Shown here piece after piece: positions 36,837 to 46,411 of a stretch of 64,000 nucleotides of DNA (its first letter is position 1; each line of letters starts with the position of its first letter). The notes under the pieces were generated by a model. That model was not told the DNA's origin. It worked only from the letters and a program-made list of their open reading frames with translations, and made no database searches. The stretch is from an uncultured bacterium. Its GTDB lineage: Bacteria > Patescibacteriota > Minisyncoccia > Phycocordibacterales > PALSA-1337. The translations under genes and the position numbers were made by a program. The stretch spans positions 426,810-490,809 of the forward strand of contig CAWKEA010000005.1 in the NCBI GenBank assembly GCA_963848635.1, read 5' to 3'.

Positions 36837-36930
36837 TTTGAGTCGAAAGTCATAAAGTTCCGAGTCGAAAGTCATAAAATAGAGAACGCGTGCATTGACT
36901 TTTGACTAGGTACTTTCGACCTTCGACTAT
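36837..36930. repeat. Dispersed palindromic intergenic repeat, copy C (inverted relative to A)
   Basis: The reverse complement aligns with copy A over about 90 bp (agtcgaaggtcgaaagtacctagtcaaaagtcaatg...actttcgactcggaactttatgactttcgactc). It lies just upstream of the clpP start. Confidence 0.5.
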
Positions 36931-37084
36931 TGTTAAAAGCTGATATGTGGTTATATGAGCTCTGCTCATATAACGTCTTCGTTCGGACGTTACATCAACA
37001 AGTTGCTGTATGTCCTCGCTAGCCGTTATAATACCCTTTGTTACATATTTAGCAAACTGAAGCGTAACAAGCAACAAAACTGAC

Positions 37085-37810
37085 GTGAGACTTCACAGAT
37101 TCTACGTGGCCGGGAAAACGCTCTCCGATATTTCAGGAGGGGTTTTTGACATGGCCGACAGGAATTTGATCGACCAGCTAAAAAAAGTCTTTAGATTGAA
37201 GACGGGGGACAAGATCATTGTCTTCAATGGCGACGGCAAAGACTACGAATGTCTCATAAAAGAATTGGTAAAAGACAAAGTTGCCCTTGAAGTCCAGAAT
37301 TCTTTCCCCAGCCGCTTTATGTCAGATCAGAAAATATGGCTATGCGCGGCTGTGATTAAAAAGGACAATTTCGAATGGATCGTGGAGAAGGCCACTGAGC
37401 TTGGTGTGTCTCATATAGTTCCTGTCTTGTCCGAAAGGAGCGAGAAGAAATCTTTGAATCTAGAGCGACTCCAAAAGATCGTTATCGAGGCAAGCGAGCA
37501 AAGCGGAAGGGGAACAGTGCCGACTATTCATCCGATCATCGCTCTCGAAGAAAGCTTTGCTTATTTAAAGTCGCACGTTTCAGCTAAAACGTTTCAAATG
37601 CTCGCGTTTCACACGGAAGGGGAGTCTGTACGAGATGTCATCTCGAACAATGACAATCCTATAGCGGTGTTCGTCGGTCCCGAGGGGGGTTGGTCTGAAA
37701 GGGAGGTCGAATTGTTTCACGATGAGAATATTCCTATGAAATGCCTCGGTAGACAGGTTCTGCGGGCAGAGACGGCCACGATCGCGGTCTTGTCGGTCAT
37801 AACATTTTGA
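37085..37810 (+). CDS. rsmE: 16S rRNA (uracil1498-N3)-methyltransferase
   Basis: MRLHRFYV N-terminus, PUA-like plus SPOUT domain, VGPEGGWSEREVELF motif. Confidence 0.75.
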   Translation: MRLHRFYVAGKTLSDISGGVFDMADRNLIDQLKKVFRLKTGDKIIVFNGDGKDYECLIKELVKDKVALEVQNSFPSRFMSDQKIWLCAAVIKKDNFEWIVEKATELGVSHIVPVLSERSEKKSLNLERLQKIVIEASEQSGRGTVPTIHPIIALEESFAYLKSHVSAKTFQMLAFHTEGESVRDVISNNDNPIAVFVGPEGGWSEREVELFHDENIPMKCLGRQVLRAETATIAVLSVITF

Positions 37811-37879
37811 AGCTCAAGTATATTGGAATTCTCATAATGAATAATTGATGAAATGAACAGATGCAAATGCGCAAAAAAT

Positions 37880-37911
37880 CCCGATGTCCATGAAAGCGAC
37901 ATCGGGTTTTT
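37880..37911. terminator. Bidirectional rho-independent terminator between rsmE and tig
   Basis: cccgatgtc-catgaaagc-gacatcggg hairpin flanked by an A-run upstream and a T-run downstream. Confidence 0.5.
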
Positions 37912-37942
37912 GATTTCAAATTGGGTGTGGCAGTATCAGCAA

Positions 37943-39004
37943 TTATTTCTCAAGCCATTCAAAGACCTTTTCATTCGTGAGCACGGTGTCCGCATATATT
38001 TCCGCGCGCTCGCGATCGGCGTCTTTGTAATGTTCGACGATATGGTTGACCTCATCTGCCACTTCTTCTTTTGTCGGGCGGATGTTCTCTTTTTCCGATA
38101 GAGCGTTCAAGATGAGCTGGAGCTTCGCTTTCTTTTCCGCGTGCGGGCGCCATTCCGTTCGGAGATCTTCGATGGTTTTCTTTGCGTGATTCAGATAGTC
38201 GTCCAGCTTGAGCCCCATGCGCTCGATGTCTGCTTTGAATTGCGCCTCATTGCGGTCAAGCTCGCTTTCGATCATCATGTCCGGCAGATCCGCTTTTACT
38301 TTTTCTGACAGGCCGTCAGCGATAGCGATGCGCCGCTTCTCTTTTGCGAGATTCTTCTTGTCTTCGACGAGCATCGCTGAGAGCTTGTTCTTGAAGTCCG
38401 GGACATCGGTGAAATCGCCGATTGTCTTCACAAAATCGTCCGTCAGCTCCGGCATGCCGTCCGTGATGGCTTTATCATGCTCTTCTGCCGTCATCTTGTC
38501 GTGGTCATGCCCATCGTGCGAAGCGTGAGATTTCCTGATCCGCAGTATCGCGTCGTCGAGCTCTTTGTCGGTGACTTTTTCGTCGGCGGTCGGAAGCTTC
38601 TTCATCTCTGCATCGGCGATAGCCTTGCAATCAGGCAATTCGAGTTTCGGAACCACAGCCGTTATGATCGTGAAGTCGAGAGGGTTGTCGGCGGCGAGCT
38701 TGGTGATCTTGACCTCGGGGCGGCCGATCGCATCGATCTTCTCATTAGTGAGGATAGAAGGGTAGGCATTCGAGATTGCCAATTCAGCCATCTCCTCAAG
38801 GACCGTCATCTCGCCGATCTTTTGTACGAGAGTGGCCTCGGGCACCTTGCCTTTGCGGAAGCCATCGATGGTCACGCTCTCGTTGAGGTTCTTGAGCGCC
38901 GCGGCACGATAAGAGCCAAAAATCGCGACTGGCAAGGAAGCAGTTATCTCGATACGGCTCTTGTCGAGGCTTTTAATCGAAAAGTTTTCGTATGTTTTGT
39001 TCAT
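37943..39004 (-). CDS. tig: Trigger factor (short form, apparently lacking the PPIase domain)
   Basis: N-terminal ribosome-binding domain with GFRKGKVP signature. At 353 aa it is about 80 aa shorter than canonical Tig. Adjacent to clpP. Confidence 0.7.
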   Translation of the reverse strand: MNKTYENFSIKSLDKSRIEITASLPVAIFGSYRAAALKNLNESVTIDGFRKGKVPEATLVQKIGEMTVLEEMAELAISNAYPSILTNEKIDAIGRPEVKITKLAADNPLDFTIITAVVPKLELPDCKAIADAEMKKLPTADEKVTDKELDDAILRIRKSHASHDGHDHDKMTAEEHDKAITDGMPELTDDFVKTIGDFTDVPDFKNKLSAMLVEDKKNLAKEKRRIAIADGLSEKVKADLPDMMIESELDRNEAQFKADIERMGLKLDDYLNHAKKTIEDLRTEWRPHAEKKAKLQLILNALSEKENIRPTKEEVADEVNHIVEHYKDADRERAEIYADTVLTNEKVFEWLEK

Positions 39005-39078
39005 GGTCTTTGAAGTCTAAGCGGTCGATAAAGAATTTGCAATTTTTTTCAAGTTTTCAGTTCTGTTCTTTAAGCGCG

Positions 39079-39393
39079 TTAACGATCAGTACTGCTTGCG
39101 TCTTGTGGATGGGTTTCGATTCTAGTCGTTGGATCGTCTGATCCGATGTTGTCCGTCGATGAAGCCGCCGCGGCGGTCGACGTCGAAATCGGCGCATGTC
39201 GGTAGATTATTATTTCTGTAGATGTCGCGTTTGCCGGCTTCTCTTGGTTTCCGCTCCATGCGTGCATCAAGAAATATAAAGCGCCCGCGATGAAGAGGAC
39301 AAGTATGATGAATATTCCGAACAGAGGGCCGATCTCTTGTTCGCGGCCTTTCACGACGTTCAATGGATCGTTTGTGTTATTTTCTGTGTCCAT
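39079..39393 (-). CDS. Hypothetical small membrane protein
   Basis: 104 aa, one TM (IGPLFGIFIILVLFIAGALYFL), S/T/A-rich tail. Confidence 0.35.
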   Translation of the reverse strand: MDTENNTNDPLNVVKGREQEIGPLFGIFIILVLFIAGALYFLMHAWSGNQEKPANATSTEIIIYRHAPISTSTAAAASSTDNIGSDDPTTRIETHPQDASSTDR

Positions 39394-39398
39394 GTTGT

Positions 39399-40085
39399 TT
39401 ATTGAGGCTGGTCGTTTGCACCAGTGATAGCCGATTCAAGGGAAACTTGTGCCGTATGGAGTGCTCTCAGAGCGGCATCGAGATATGCTTGCGGAAGCTG
39501 TAGATCGACCATTTTGGAAGGGCTCGTCGTATCAGGCTCATAATCAGCGAATGATGTAACTGCGGAATTTGCATTATCCACATCCGTTTCTGCCTCAAGC
39601 AATGCCGCTTGAGTCGATCCTGTGTCAGCTCTGTCTTTGCTTGAACTCGCGACAAAAGCGGCCAATTGTGACGTACGTTCATTCAGGCCGTTCTCGATTG
39701 CTGTCAGCTTTAGGACGATTACCGTCTTTTCTTCCTTAAATAAGCTTTCTGAAATAAAGACGGGCGAGCTCGAAGCGGTAATGTCAGAGGTAGAGGTGTC
39801 CGATGGAAAAATCACGGTAGGCACTGTGGAGGCAGTCTCCGATGGGATGACTCCACGACGCCAATTGAGAAGCTGATTCCTTTCGATGCTGTTGTTTTGT
39901 AGATTATCCCTTCGCGATTCGAATAGATCAGATACATGGTTTATGACGGGCGTCTGCCAAGAGAATATCCGCGATAGCCAGTCGGCTATTCCAGATGACG
40001 TCTCCGCGTTTGCGCACAAGGGCAAAGAGCATACGGATATCATAAAAGCATATGAGACGATATTTTTCAGGATAAGGCGGCTCAT
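39399..40085 (-). CDS. Hypothetical secreted protein
   Basis: 228 aa with signal peptide (FMISVCSLPLCANA). Confidence 0.4.
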   Translation of the reverse strand: MSRLILKNIVSYAFMISVCSLPLCANAETSSGIADWLSRIFSWQTPVINHVSDLFESRRDNLQNNSIERNQLLNWRRGVIPSETASTVPTVIFPSDTSTSDITASSSPVFISESLFKEEKTVIVLKLTAIENGLNERTSQLAAFVASSSKDRADTGSTQAALLEAETDVDNANSAVTSFADYEPDTTSPSKMVDLQLPQAYLDAALRALHTAQVSLESAITGANDQPQ

Positions 40086-40178
40086 GACATTATTTTATAT
40101 AAGTATAATGCATAAAACCAATACGGGCGATTTTATTCTGGAGCAGTCCTTCTGTTCCATTCTCTGATTTTGTGGCGC

Positions 40179-41333
40179 TTATCCTGCTTTAGCTGGGTTT
40201 ACATCTGGTTCGGCGATGATTGGTCCGCTCACGGGCTGTATATCTATCTTCCATCCGGTCAATTTTGCGGCCAAACGGACGTTTTGTCCGCCTTTGCCTA
40301 TCGCCAATGACTGTTGGTCTTCTGAAACTTTAACTGTGGCCTTCTTTTCTTCTTTGTTCAATTCTATCGAAACGACTTGTGCTGGAGAAAGGGATTCCTC
40401 AATAAAGCGGGCTTGGTCGTCGTTCCATTCAATGATGTCTATTTTTTCGCCTGCGAGCTCGCTCATGACCGTCGAAACGCGTACGCCGCGCTGGCCGACC
40501 ATCGAACCGATCGGATCGATATGAGAATCTTTTGACATGACGGCGACTTTCGATCGTGAGCCGGCTTCTCTTGCCACTGCTTTTATCTCGACGATGCCCT
40601 GAGCGATCTCAGGCGCTTCCATCTTGAACAGTTCGGCCAGCATGCCTGGGTGCGCACGCGAAAGCTTGAGGAGGATGCCGCGCGGGCTCTCTTCGACGGC
40701 ATAGAGATAGGCTCGGATGCGCTCGCCCTGCTTGTAGCGTTCGCTCGGAATCTGTTCTTCGTAGGGGATGATGCCCATTGCCCGTCCCATATCGACGAAT
40801 ATCGCGCCTCGCTCGATGCGTTGAACCGTGCCGGCGACTATCTCGCCTTGTTTCTGGCCGTATTCTCCGAGAACTGATACTTTCTCAGCTTCGCGGATCT
40901 TCTGGATGATGACCTGTTTCGCTGTTTGAGCGGCGATGCGGCCGTAGTCGCCCTTTATTTCAAGAGGGAATATTATCTCGTCGCCGAGAGCGGCGTCCTT
41001 CTTTATCCTTTTTGCGTCTTCGATAAAGATATGATGTTCGGGATTATAACGGACCTTTATGTTCTCCGTGTCCATGTTCTTCAGGTCCTGAGTGTCTTCT
41101 TCGTCTTCCATGATGACACTGTCCTTGTCGACGACTACTTTGACCTGGTAGAACTCTGTTTTTCCGCTGTTGATGTCGAAAACACAGCGGACGATCTGTC
41201 CTTTCTTGCCGTATTCCTTTTTATAGGCGGTAGCGAGGGCGAGCTCGATCGCTTCGATCATTTTTGCGCGCGGTATGCCGCGCTCTTCCTCGAGCTGGTT
41301 GAGGACGGAATTGAGAGTTTTTAGGTCAAACAT
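40179..41333 (-). CDS. nusA: Transcription termination/antitermination factor NusA
   Basis: N-terminal domain, S1 domain, two KH domains (IGKGGQNVRLAAKLTGWKIDI). Confidence 0.85.
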   Translation of the reverse strand: MFDLKTLNSVLNQLEEERGIPRAKMIEAIELALATAYKKEYGKKGQIVRCVFDINSGKTEFYQVKVVVDKDSVIMEDEEDTQDLKNMDTENIKVRYNPEHHIFIEDAKRIKKDAALGDEIIFPLEIKGDYGRIAAQTAKQVIIQKIREAEKVSVLGEYGQKQGEIVAGTVQRIERGAIFVDMGRAMGIIPYEEQIPSERYKQGERIRAYLYAVEESPRGILLKLSRAHPGMLAELFKMEAPEIAQGIVEIKAVAREAGSRSKVAVMSKDSHIDPIGSMVGQRGVRVSTVMSELAGEKIDIIEWNDDQARFIEESLSPAQVVSIELNKEEKKATVKVSEDQQSLAIGKGGQNVRLAAKLTGWKIDIQPVSGPIIAEPDVNPAKAG

Positions 41334-41434
41334 GGTTATTTAGTCTTAAAGCCCATAAAATCCTTTTCTCTTCCTGGCTTTTGATCTTAGGGACTGTCTT
41401 TTAAAAAAACGAGTTCGCTTGGGGCGAACTTCAT

Positions 41435-41860
41435 GTGTCATCATCTTATACTGTAAAGCTTTTTTTGTCAATAAATCCGATAGTTATCCACACATCCTCA
41501 TTATGCGCGGGCCTGTTTTCTTGTACAATATGTGCAATGTCACCTGCATTCACACAAACCATGCCGTCGGGTGAGCACTTTGGCCAATCGCGCCTAGCGA
41601 TGACCATCATAGGTCTCGTTGCTGTAGCCGCCGTTCTTGCTGTCATATTCATCTATCTCCAGAGCGGAAAAATTACCCAACCGCCTGTCATAGATCAGAG
41701 AGTCTCAGCAATCAACGCATCGCTAGCCAAGCTCGCAGAAATAGTACCGGCTTCGCAAACAAGCATAGAGGCTTCGTTGAAGCAACTTTCCTTGATGAAT
41801 TCGGCAAGAGCGAGTCAAAGTGAGATCAACCAGTCATTGAGCCAATTAAAAGCCAAGTAA
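41435..41860 (+). CDS. Hypothetical membrane protein
   Basis: One TM (MTIIGLVAVAAVLAVIFIYL). Start uncertain; several Met candidates. Confidence 0.3.
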   Translation: MSSSYTVKLFLSINPIVIHTSSLCAGLFSCTICAMSPAFTQTMPSGEHFGQSRLAMTIIGLVAVAAVLAVIFIYLQSGKITQPPVIDQRVSAINASLAKLAEIVPASQTSIEASLKQLSLMNSARASQSEINQSLSQLKAK

Positions 41861-41875
41861 CATTATATAACCATT

Positions 41876-43213
41876 ATGAATATCAAAAAAGTCATTTCAT
41901 CGATTGGAGTCGGAGCAGGAGCAATTATCCTCGGTTTTGGACTTCAGTACACTCTGGCAAGTTGGACTGCTGCACCGTCGAATCCTCCCACAGGAAATGT
42001 GGCGGCTCCTATCAATGTTAGTGGCGGTGGGGAGAACGGTACGAGCGTATATGCTCAAGTAAAGACTGGTCTCCTTACTCTAGAGAACTTGGCTATTGTC
42101 AATCTGAATGTTGCGAGTGGAACTGTCACGACAGCCGGCAGTGTTCTAACCAATGATGGAAATGGGAATGCAAGTTGGATGGTGGCAAACTCGACGGGCG
42201 GGGCGACTTCTACATTGGTTTATATAAATCCTGTAGTTATTAGAGCAGGTATGGCACCTTATTATGGTAATTCATGTAATGGAGATGCTGTGACATCGAT
42301 GATATCTCTCCAACAATATGGAATTCCATCAACGGCCTCAGCCGTTATTCTGACTGCAGCAGGATTCGCAAATGAAGACGATAAGGGTGGTACCAGCCCA
42401 ACATTAGCTATTGTTGGACCAAACTCAAGTTCGTATTTTCTCCTCTACCAAGATTCAGGCTCAAGCAATCTTACTTCTAGTAATGAAGGTATATATCCAA
42501 TTATTAGTTCGAATGGTTTGCCGAATCTTGAATACACGGCGAGTAGTGGATGGAATTGCTATGGTATACAACTGGTAGGTTATGTTACTGGTAATGTCAA
42601 CTCCTCTTCAGGTGGCGGAGGAATACCAAACAATATAGTGGTGTTCAATACGTCGTCCAGCACATGGACCGTGCCGCCTGGGGTCACAAAAATCGATGTA
42701 CGGGTCTGGGGAGCCGGAGGGGGCGGAGGTAGTGCGAGCAATTGTAGTGGTGGAGGCGCAGGTGGAGGCGCAGGTGGGTACGGCGAATCTGTTCTTACAG
42801 TGACTCCCGGAACGCTTTATACTATTACTGTTGGAACTGGCGGAACTGGCGGAACTTCTGGTAATAACAATTCCACGGCTGGAACAGCTACTACTTTTGG
42901 AGCATCTGTAAGAGCTTCAGGTGGCGCAATGGGACCTAATGATTGTTATGCTACTGTAGCCTCCACCGTTGGTGGCGTTGCGGTTGCGACAATCGCCATA
43001 CCAGGCGGAATGGGAGGACCTGGCGGATCATATGGAGGATCAGGACAAGGGGGGTCTTCTCCAGAAGGTGGTCAAGGGGGCATATCCAGAGCAAACAACG
43101 GCTCTAGCGGATACGGTGATCCTGGTGTGGTTCCTGGTGGTGGTGGAGGCGGTGGCAATGGTGTTTCTCCGGGTGGAGCAGGGGCAAATGGGATGGTCGT
43201 AATCGAATACTAA
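41876..43213 (+). CDS. Glycine-rich secreted/anchored protein (poly-Gly C-terminal half)
   Basis: 445 aa. N-terminal anchor, then a beta-rich domain, then VWGAGGGGGSASNCSGGGAGGGAGGYGE...GGMGGPGGSYGGSGQGGSSPEGGQGG...NGMVVIEY. Confidence 0.5.
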   Translation: MNIKKVISSIGVGAGAIILGFGLQYTLASWTAAPSNPPTGNVAAPINVSGGGENGTSVYAQVKTGLLTLENLAIVNLNVASGTVTTAGSVLTNDGNGNASWMVANSTGGATSTLVYINPVVIRAGMAPYYGNSCNGDAVTSMISLQQYGIPSTASAVILTAAGFANEDDKGGTSPTLAIVGPNSSSYFLLYQDSGSSNLTSSNEGIYPIISSNGLPNLEYTASSGWNCYGIQLVGYVTGNVNSSSGGGGIPNNIVVFNTSSSTWTVPPGVTKIDVRVWGAGGGGGSASNCSGGGAGGGAGGYGESVLTVTPGTLYTITVGTGGTGGTSGNNNSTAGTATTFGASVRASGGAMGPNDCYATVASTVGGVAVATIAIPGGMGGPGGSYGGSGQGGSSPEGGQGGISRANNGSSGYGDPGVVPGGGGGGGNGVSPGGAGANGMVVIEY

Positions 43214-43237
43214 GGAAATTCTTTGAACACACAAAAA

Positions 43238-43262
43238 ACTCCGCCTCTGCGGAGTTTTTTGT
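43238..43262 (+). terminator. Rho-independent terminator after the Gly-rich gene
   Basis: actccgc-ctct-gcggagt followed by TTTTTT. Confidence 0.6.
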
Positions 43263-43320
43263 TGCCGGTTTCCCCTTTTCCCAAAAGGCAACCTGGCGTT
43301 TTCTTTGTTATACTAATCCC

Positions 43321-45069
43321 ATGTACATCGAGGACTCCCAGCTCAACAAATTCATCCTTGACTCCAGTCTCGTTTCAAAAGATGATCTCGATGCCGCCAA
43401 CAAGGAAGCCGAGAAAAAAGGCGTCCGAGTCGGCGAGGTTCTGGTAAAAAAAGGGAAGATCACGGAAGACAATCTGCGCAGGATGCAGGCATACGTTCTT
43501 GGCATCCCTTTTGTCGATCTCAAGACAAAAAAGATCCCTTTTGAAACGCTTTCGCTCATCCCCGAACCAGTCGCGCGAACGCACAATATTGTCGCCTACA
43601 AGAGAAACGATGACTCGCTCGAGGTCGCCATGCTCGATGTACAGGATCTGTCCGCCATCGATTTCATCAAAAAGAAAGTCAATCTCAAGGTATTGTCGCG
43701 TCTGACTGACGCGGAATCGATACGAAACGTCATCATTCAGTATCAAAAAAGCCTGAAGGCCGAATTCGGCGATATCATCCAAAAAGAGACCGATACATTG
43801 AAGACTATCACTGATGAGAGCGGGGAAGAGGCATCAGAATCGGATTTGAAGAAGATCGCCGAGGATCTGCCCGTAGTGCGCATCGTCGATACATTGCTCA
43901 AGCATGCCATACTTCAGAATGCATCTGATATACACATAGAGCCCATGGAGGATCAGCTTCTCGTCCGCTATCGCATCGACGGCATTCTCCGCGACGCCAT
44001 GGTTCTGCCGCGCAATGCCGAGGCCTCCATCAGCGCACGCATAAAAGTCCTTTCGAACCTGAAGCTCGATGAAAAGCGCTTGCCGCAAGATGGGCGGTTC
44101 AAGATAGATTCCAATGGGGAAAAAGTATCGTTCCGCGTCTCGATATTGCCGACATATTATGGCGAAAAGACCGTCATGCGCCTCTTGCGCGAGAACGTTT
44201 CGGGCTTCACTCTCGAATATCTCGGCTTTCATGGAGAAGGGCTCGAGCGCATCCACGAAGCAGTTAAGAAGACCACGGGAATGGTCCTGACCACGGGCCC
44301 GACAGGTTCCGGCAAGACGACGACTCTGTATACGATACTCGACATCGTCAACACGCCGAACGTCAATATATCGACCATCGAAGACCCGATCGAATACCAG
44401 ATGAAGCGCATCAATCAGACGCAAGTGCGGCCGGAGATAGGCTTTTCCTTTGCAGATGGATTGCGCACTCTCGTCCGCCAGGACCCCGATGTCATCATGG
44501 TGGGCGAGATACGCGACAACGAGACGGCGTCATTGGCGGTCAACGCGTCGCTCACGGGTCACTTGGTCTTGTCCACATTGCACACCAACAGCGCCGCCGG
44601 GGCGATGCCGCGTTTGATCGATATGAAAATAGAGCCGTTCCTTCTCGTGTCGACCCTCGACGTCATCATCGGCCAGCGTCTCGTGCGCAAACTGAACGAC
44701 AACAAGGAAAAATATTTCATGACCAAGGATGAGATCGCCGTTCTCTCGAAATCAGTCGACCTCGACCGGGTGTTGGCGGTGCTCAAGGCCGAAAAGATAG
44801 TAAAGCCGAGCGAGTCATGGGAAAAGATCCCGTTTTATAAGCCGGCAGGAGACAAGGAAGATGAAGGCTACAAGGGCCGCATCGGCATCCATGAAGTCCT
44901 CAAGGTCACCCAGACCATAAAAGAGCTCATCATCAAGAACGCCACTACCAACGAGATCGAGACGCAAGCCAAAAAAGAAGGCATGCTGACGATGTTCGAG
45001 GACGGGATATTCAAGGCAGTCATGGGGATCACCACGGTCGAGGAGGTCTTGCGCGTCGTCTCTGAATAA
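43321..45069 (+). CDS. pilB: Type IV pilus assembly ATPase PilB (GspE family)
   Basis: N-terminal GspII domain, Walker A TGPTGSGKTTTL, Asp/His boxes, HTNSAAG. Confidence 0.85.
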   Translation: MYIEDSQLNKFILDSSLVSKDDLDAANKEAEKKGVRVGEVLVKKGKITEDNLRRMQAYVLGIPFVDLKTKKIPFETLSLIPEPVARTHNIVAYKRNDDSLEVAMLDVQDLSAIDFIKKKVNLKVLSRLTDAESIRNVIIQYQKSLKAEFGDIIQKETDTLKTITDESGEEASESDLKKIAEDLPVVRIVDTLLKHAILQNASDIHIEPMEDQLLVRYRIDGILRDAMVLPRNAEASISARIKVLSNLKLDEKRLPQDGRFKIDSNGEKVSFRVSILPTYYGEKTVMRLLRENVSGFTLEYLGFHGEGLERIHEAVKKTTGMVLTTGPTGSGKTTTLYTILDIVNTPNVNISTIEDPIEYQMKRINQTQVRPEIGFSFADGLRTLVRQDPDVIMVGEIRDNETASLAVNASLTGHLVLSTLHTNSAAGAMPRLIDMKIEPFLLVSTLDVIIGQRLVRKLNDNKEKYFMTKDEIAVLSKSVDLDRVLAVLKAEKIVKPSESWEKIPFYKPAGDKEDEGYKGRIGIHEVLKVTQTIKELIIKNATTNEIETQAKKEGMLTMFEDGIFKAVMGITTVEEVLRVVSE

Positions 45070-45190
45070 AGTCAAAACGCAAAACGCACAATGCAAAACT
45101 TACATCCAAAAGAGAAAAGTTCTAATACAGATTCAATCCAAGTTGCATCTACGTTTTGCACTTTGAGTTTTGAGTTTTACATGTAATCTT

Positions 45191-46411
45191 ATGCCAACAT
45201 TCATATACAAAGCAAAGAATTCGTCTGGAGAGTCTGTCAAAGGCGAGCGCGAAGCGGCAGACAAGTACGAGCTCTACAAGATTCTCAAGGAAGAAGGAAC
45301 CGATACGATTTCGGTTGAAGAAAAAAAGAATGGTGCATTTGGATTTTTGTCGCTTGGAATTTCGTTTGGCGGCAAAGTCAAGATGCAGGAAAAGATCACT
45401 TTTGCCCGAAATCTCGGTTTGATGCTCGAGGCGGGGCTTACCTTGACGCGCGCTCTTTCAGTCCTTGAACGGCAATCAAAGAACAAGAACTTTAAAAAAA
45501 TCATGAACAGCCTGATCGGGGACCTAGATAAAGGCATGAGCTTTGCGGATTCTTTGGGCAACTACCCAAAAGTCTTTCAGCCTATTTTCGTATCGATGGT
45601 CCATGCAGGCGAGCAAAGCGGAACCCTTGCGAAATCGCTCAAATCGGTGTCTGATCAGATGGACAGCACCTATACTCTGACGCGCAGGATCCGCGGCGCG
45701 ATGATATATCCGGGAGTGATCCTGACGGTCATGGTCGTCATCGGCGTGCTCATGCTAACGTTTGTTGTTCCGACACTCCTTTCGACGTTCGAAAGCTTTG
45801 GAGAAGCTCTGCCGCCGACGACACAATTCATCCTGGATCTCAGCAATATATGCCAAAGATACGGCATCTTCATCCTTGCCGCACTTTTTTTGATCAGTTT
45901 CGCATGGTATCGGTGGTCAAAATATCCGTCTGGGAAAAAAGTCATACACCTGGCTGTCCTCAAGATTCCTATAATCGGTCCTTTGGCTCAGGAAGTAAAT
46001 TCTGCACGTACCGCCAGAACGTTGTCGTCGCTTCTCCATTCCGGAGTAGATGTCGTCGAGTCTGTGTCGATAACCGCCTCTGTCATTCAAAATGTCTATT
46101 TCCGATCAGTCTTGAATGATGCCGAGGAAGCCATAAAAAAAGGGGATCTTATGTCAAAGGTGTTCGAGGCGAATGAAAAGCTGTACCCAGTGTTTTTTGC
46201 CCAGATGCTTGCTGTTGGCGAGGAAACAGGGAAAATGGATCAGATGCTCCTCAATGTCGCGGCGTATTACGAAGACGATGTTGACCAAAAAACGAAAGAC
46301 ATGGCTACGATCATCGAACCGATCATGATCGCCGTCATCGGAGCGGCGGTAGGTTTTTTTGCGATATCTATAATCTCGCCGATATATTCACTCGTAAATG
46401 TCATCCAATAA
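45191..46411 (+). CDS. pilC: Type IV pilus inner-membrane platform protein PilC (GspF family)
   Basis: Two GspF repeats, three TM segments. Start at internal Met (MPTFIYKAKN). Confidence 0.8.
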   Translation: MPTFIYKAKNSSGESVKGEREAADKYELYKILKEEGTDTISVEEKKNGAFGFLSLGISFGGKVKMQEKITFARNLGLMLEAGLTLTRALSVLERQSKNKNFKKIMNSLIGDLDKGMSFADSLGNYPKVFQPIFVSMVHAGEQSGTLAKSLKSVSDQMDSTYTLTRRIRGAMIYPGVILTVMVVIGVLMLTFVVPTLLSTFESFGEALPPTTQFILDLSNICQRYGIFILAALFLISFAWYRWSKYPSGKKVIHLAVLKIPIIGPLAQEVNSARTARTLSSLLHSGVDVVESVSITASVIQNVYFRSVLNDAEEAIKKGDLMSKVFEANEKLYPVFFAQMLAVGEETGKMDQMLLNVAAYYEDDVDQKTKDMATIIEPIMIAVIGAAVGFFAISIISPIYSLVNVIQ

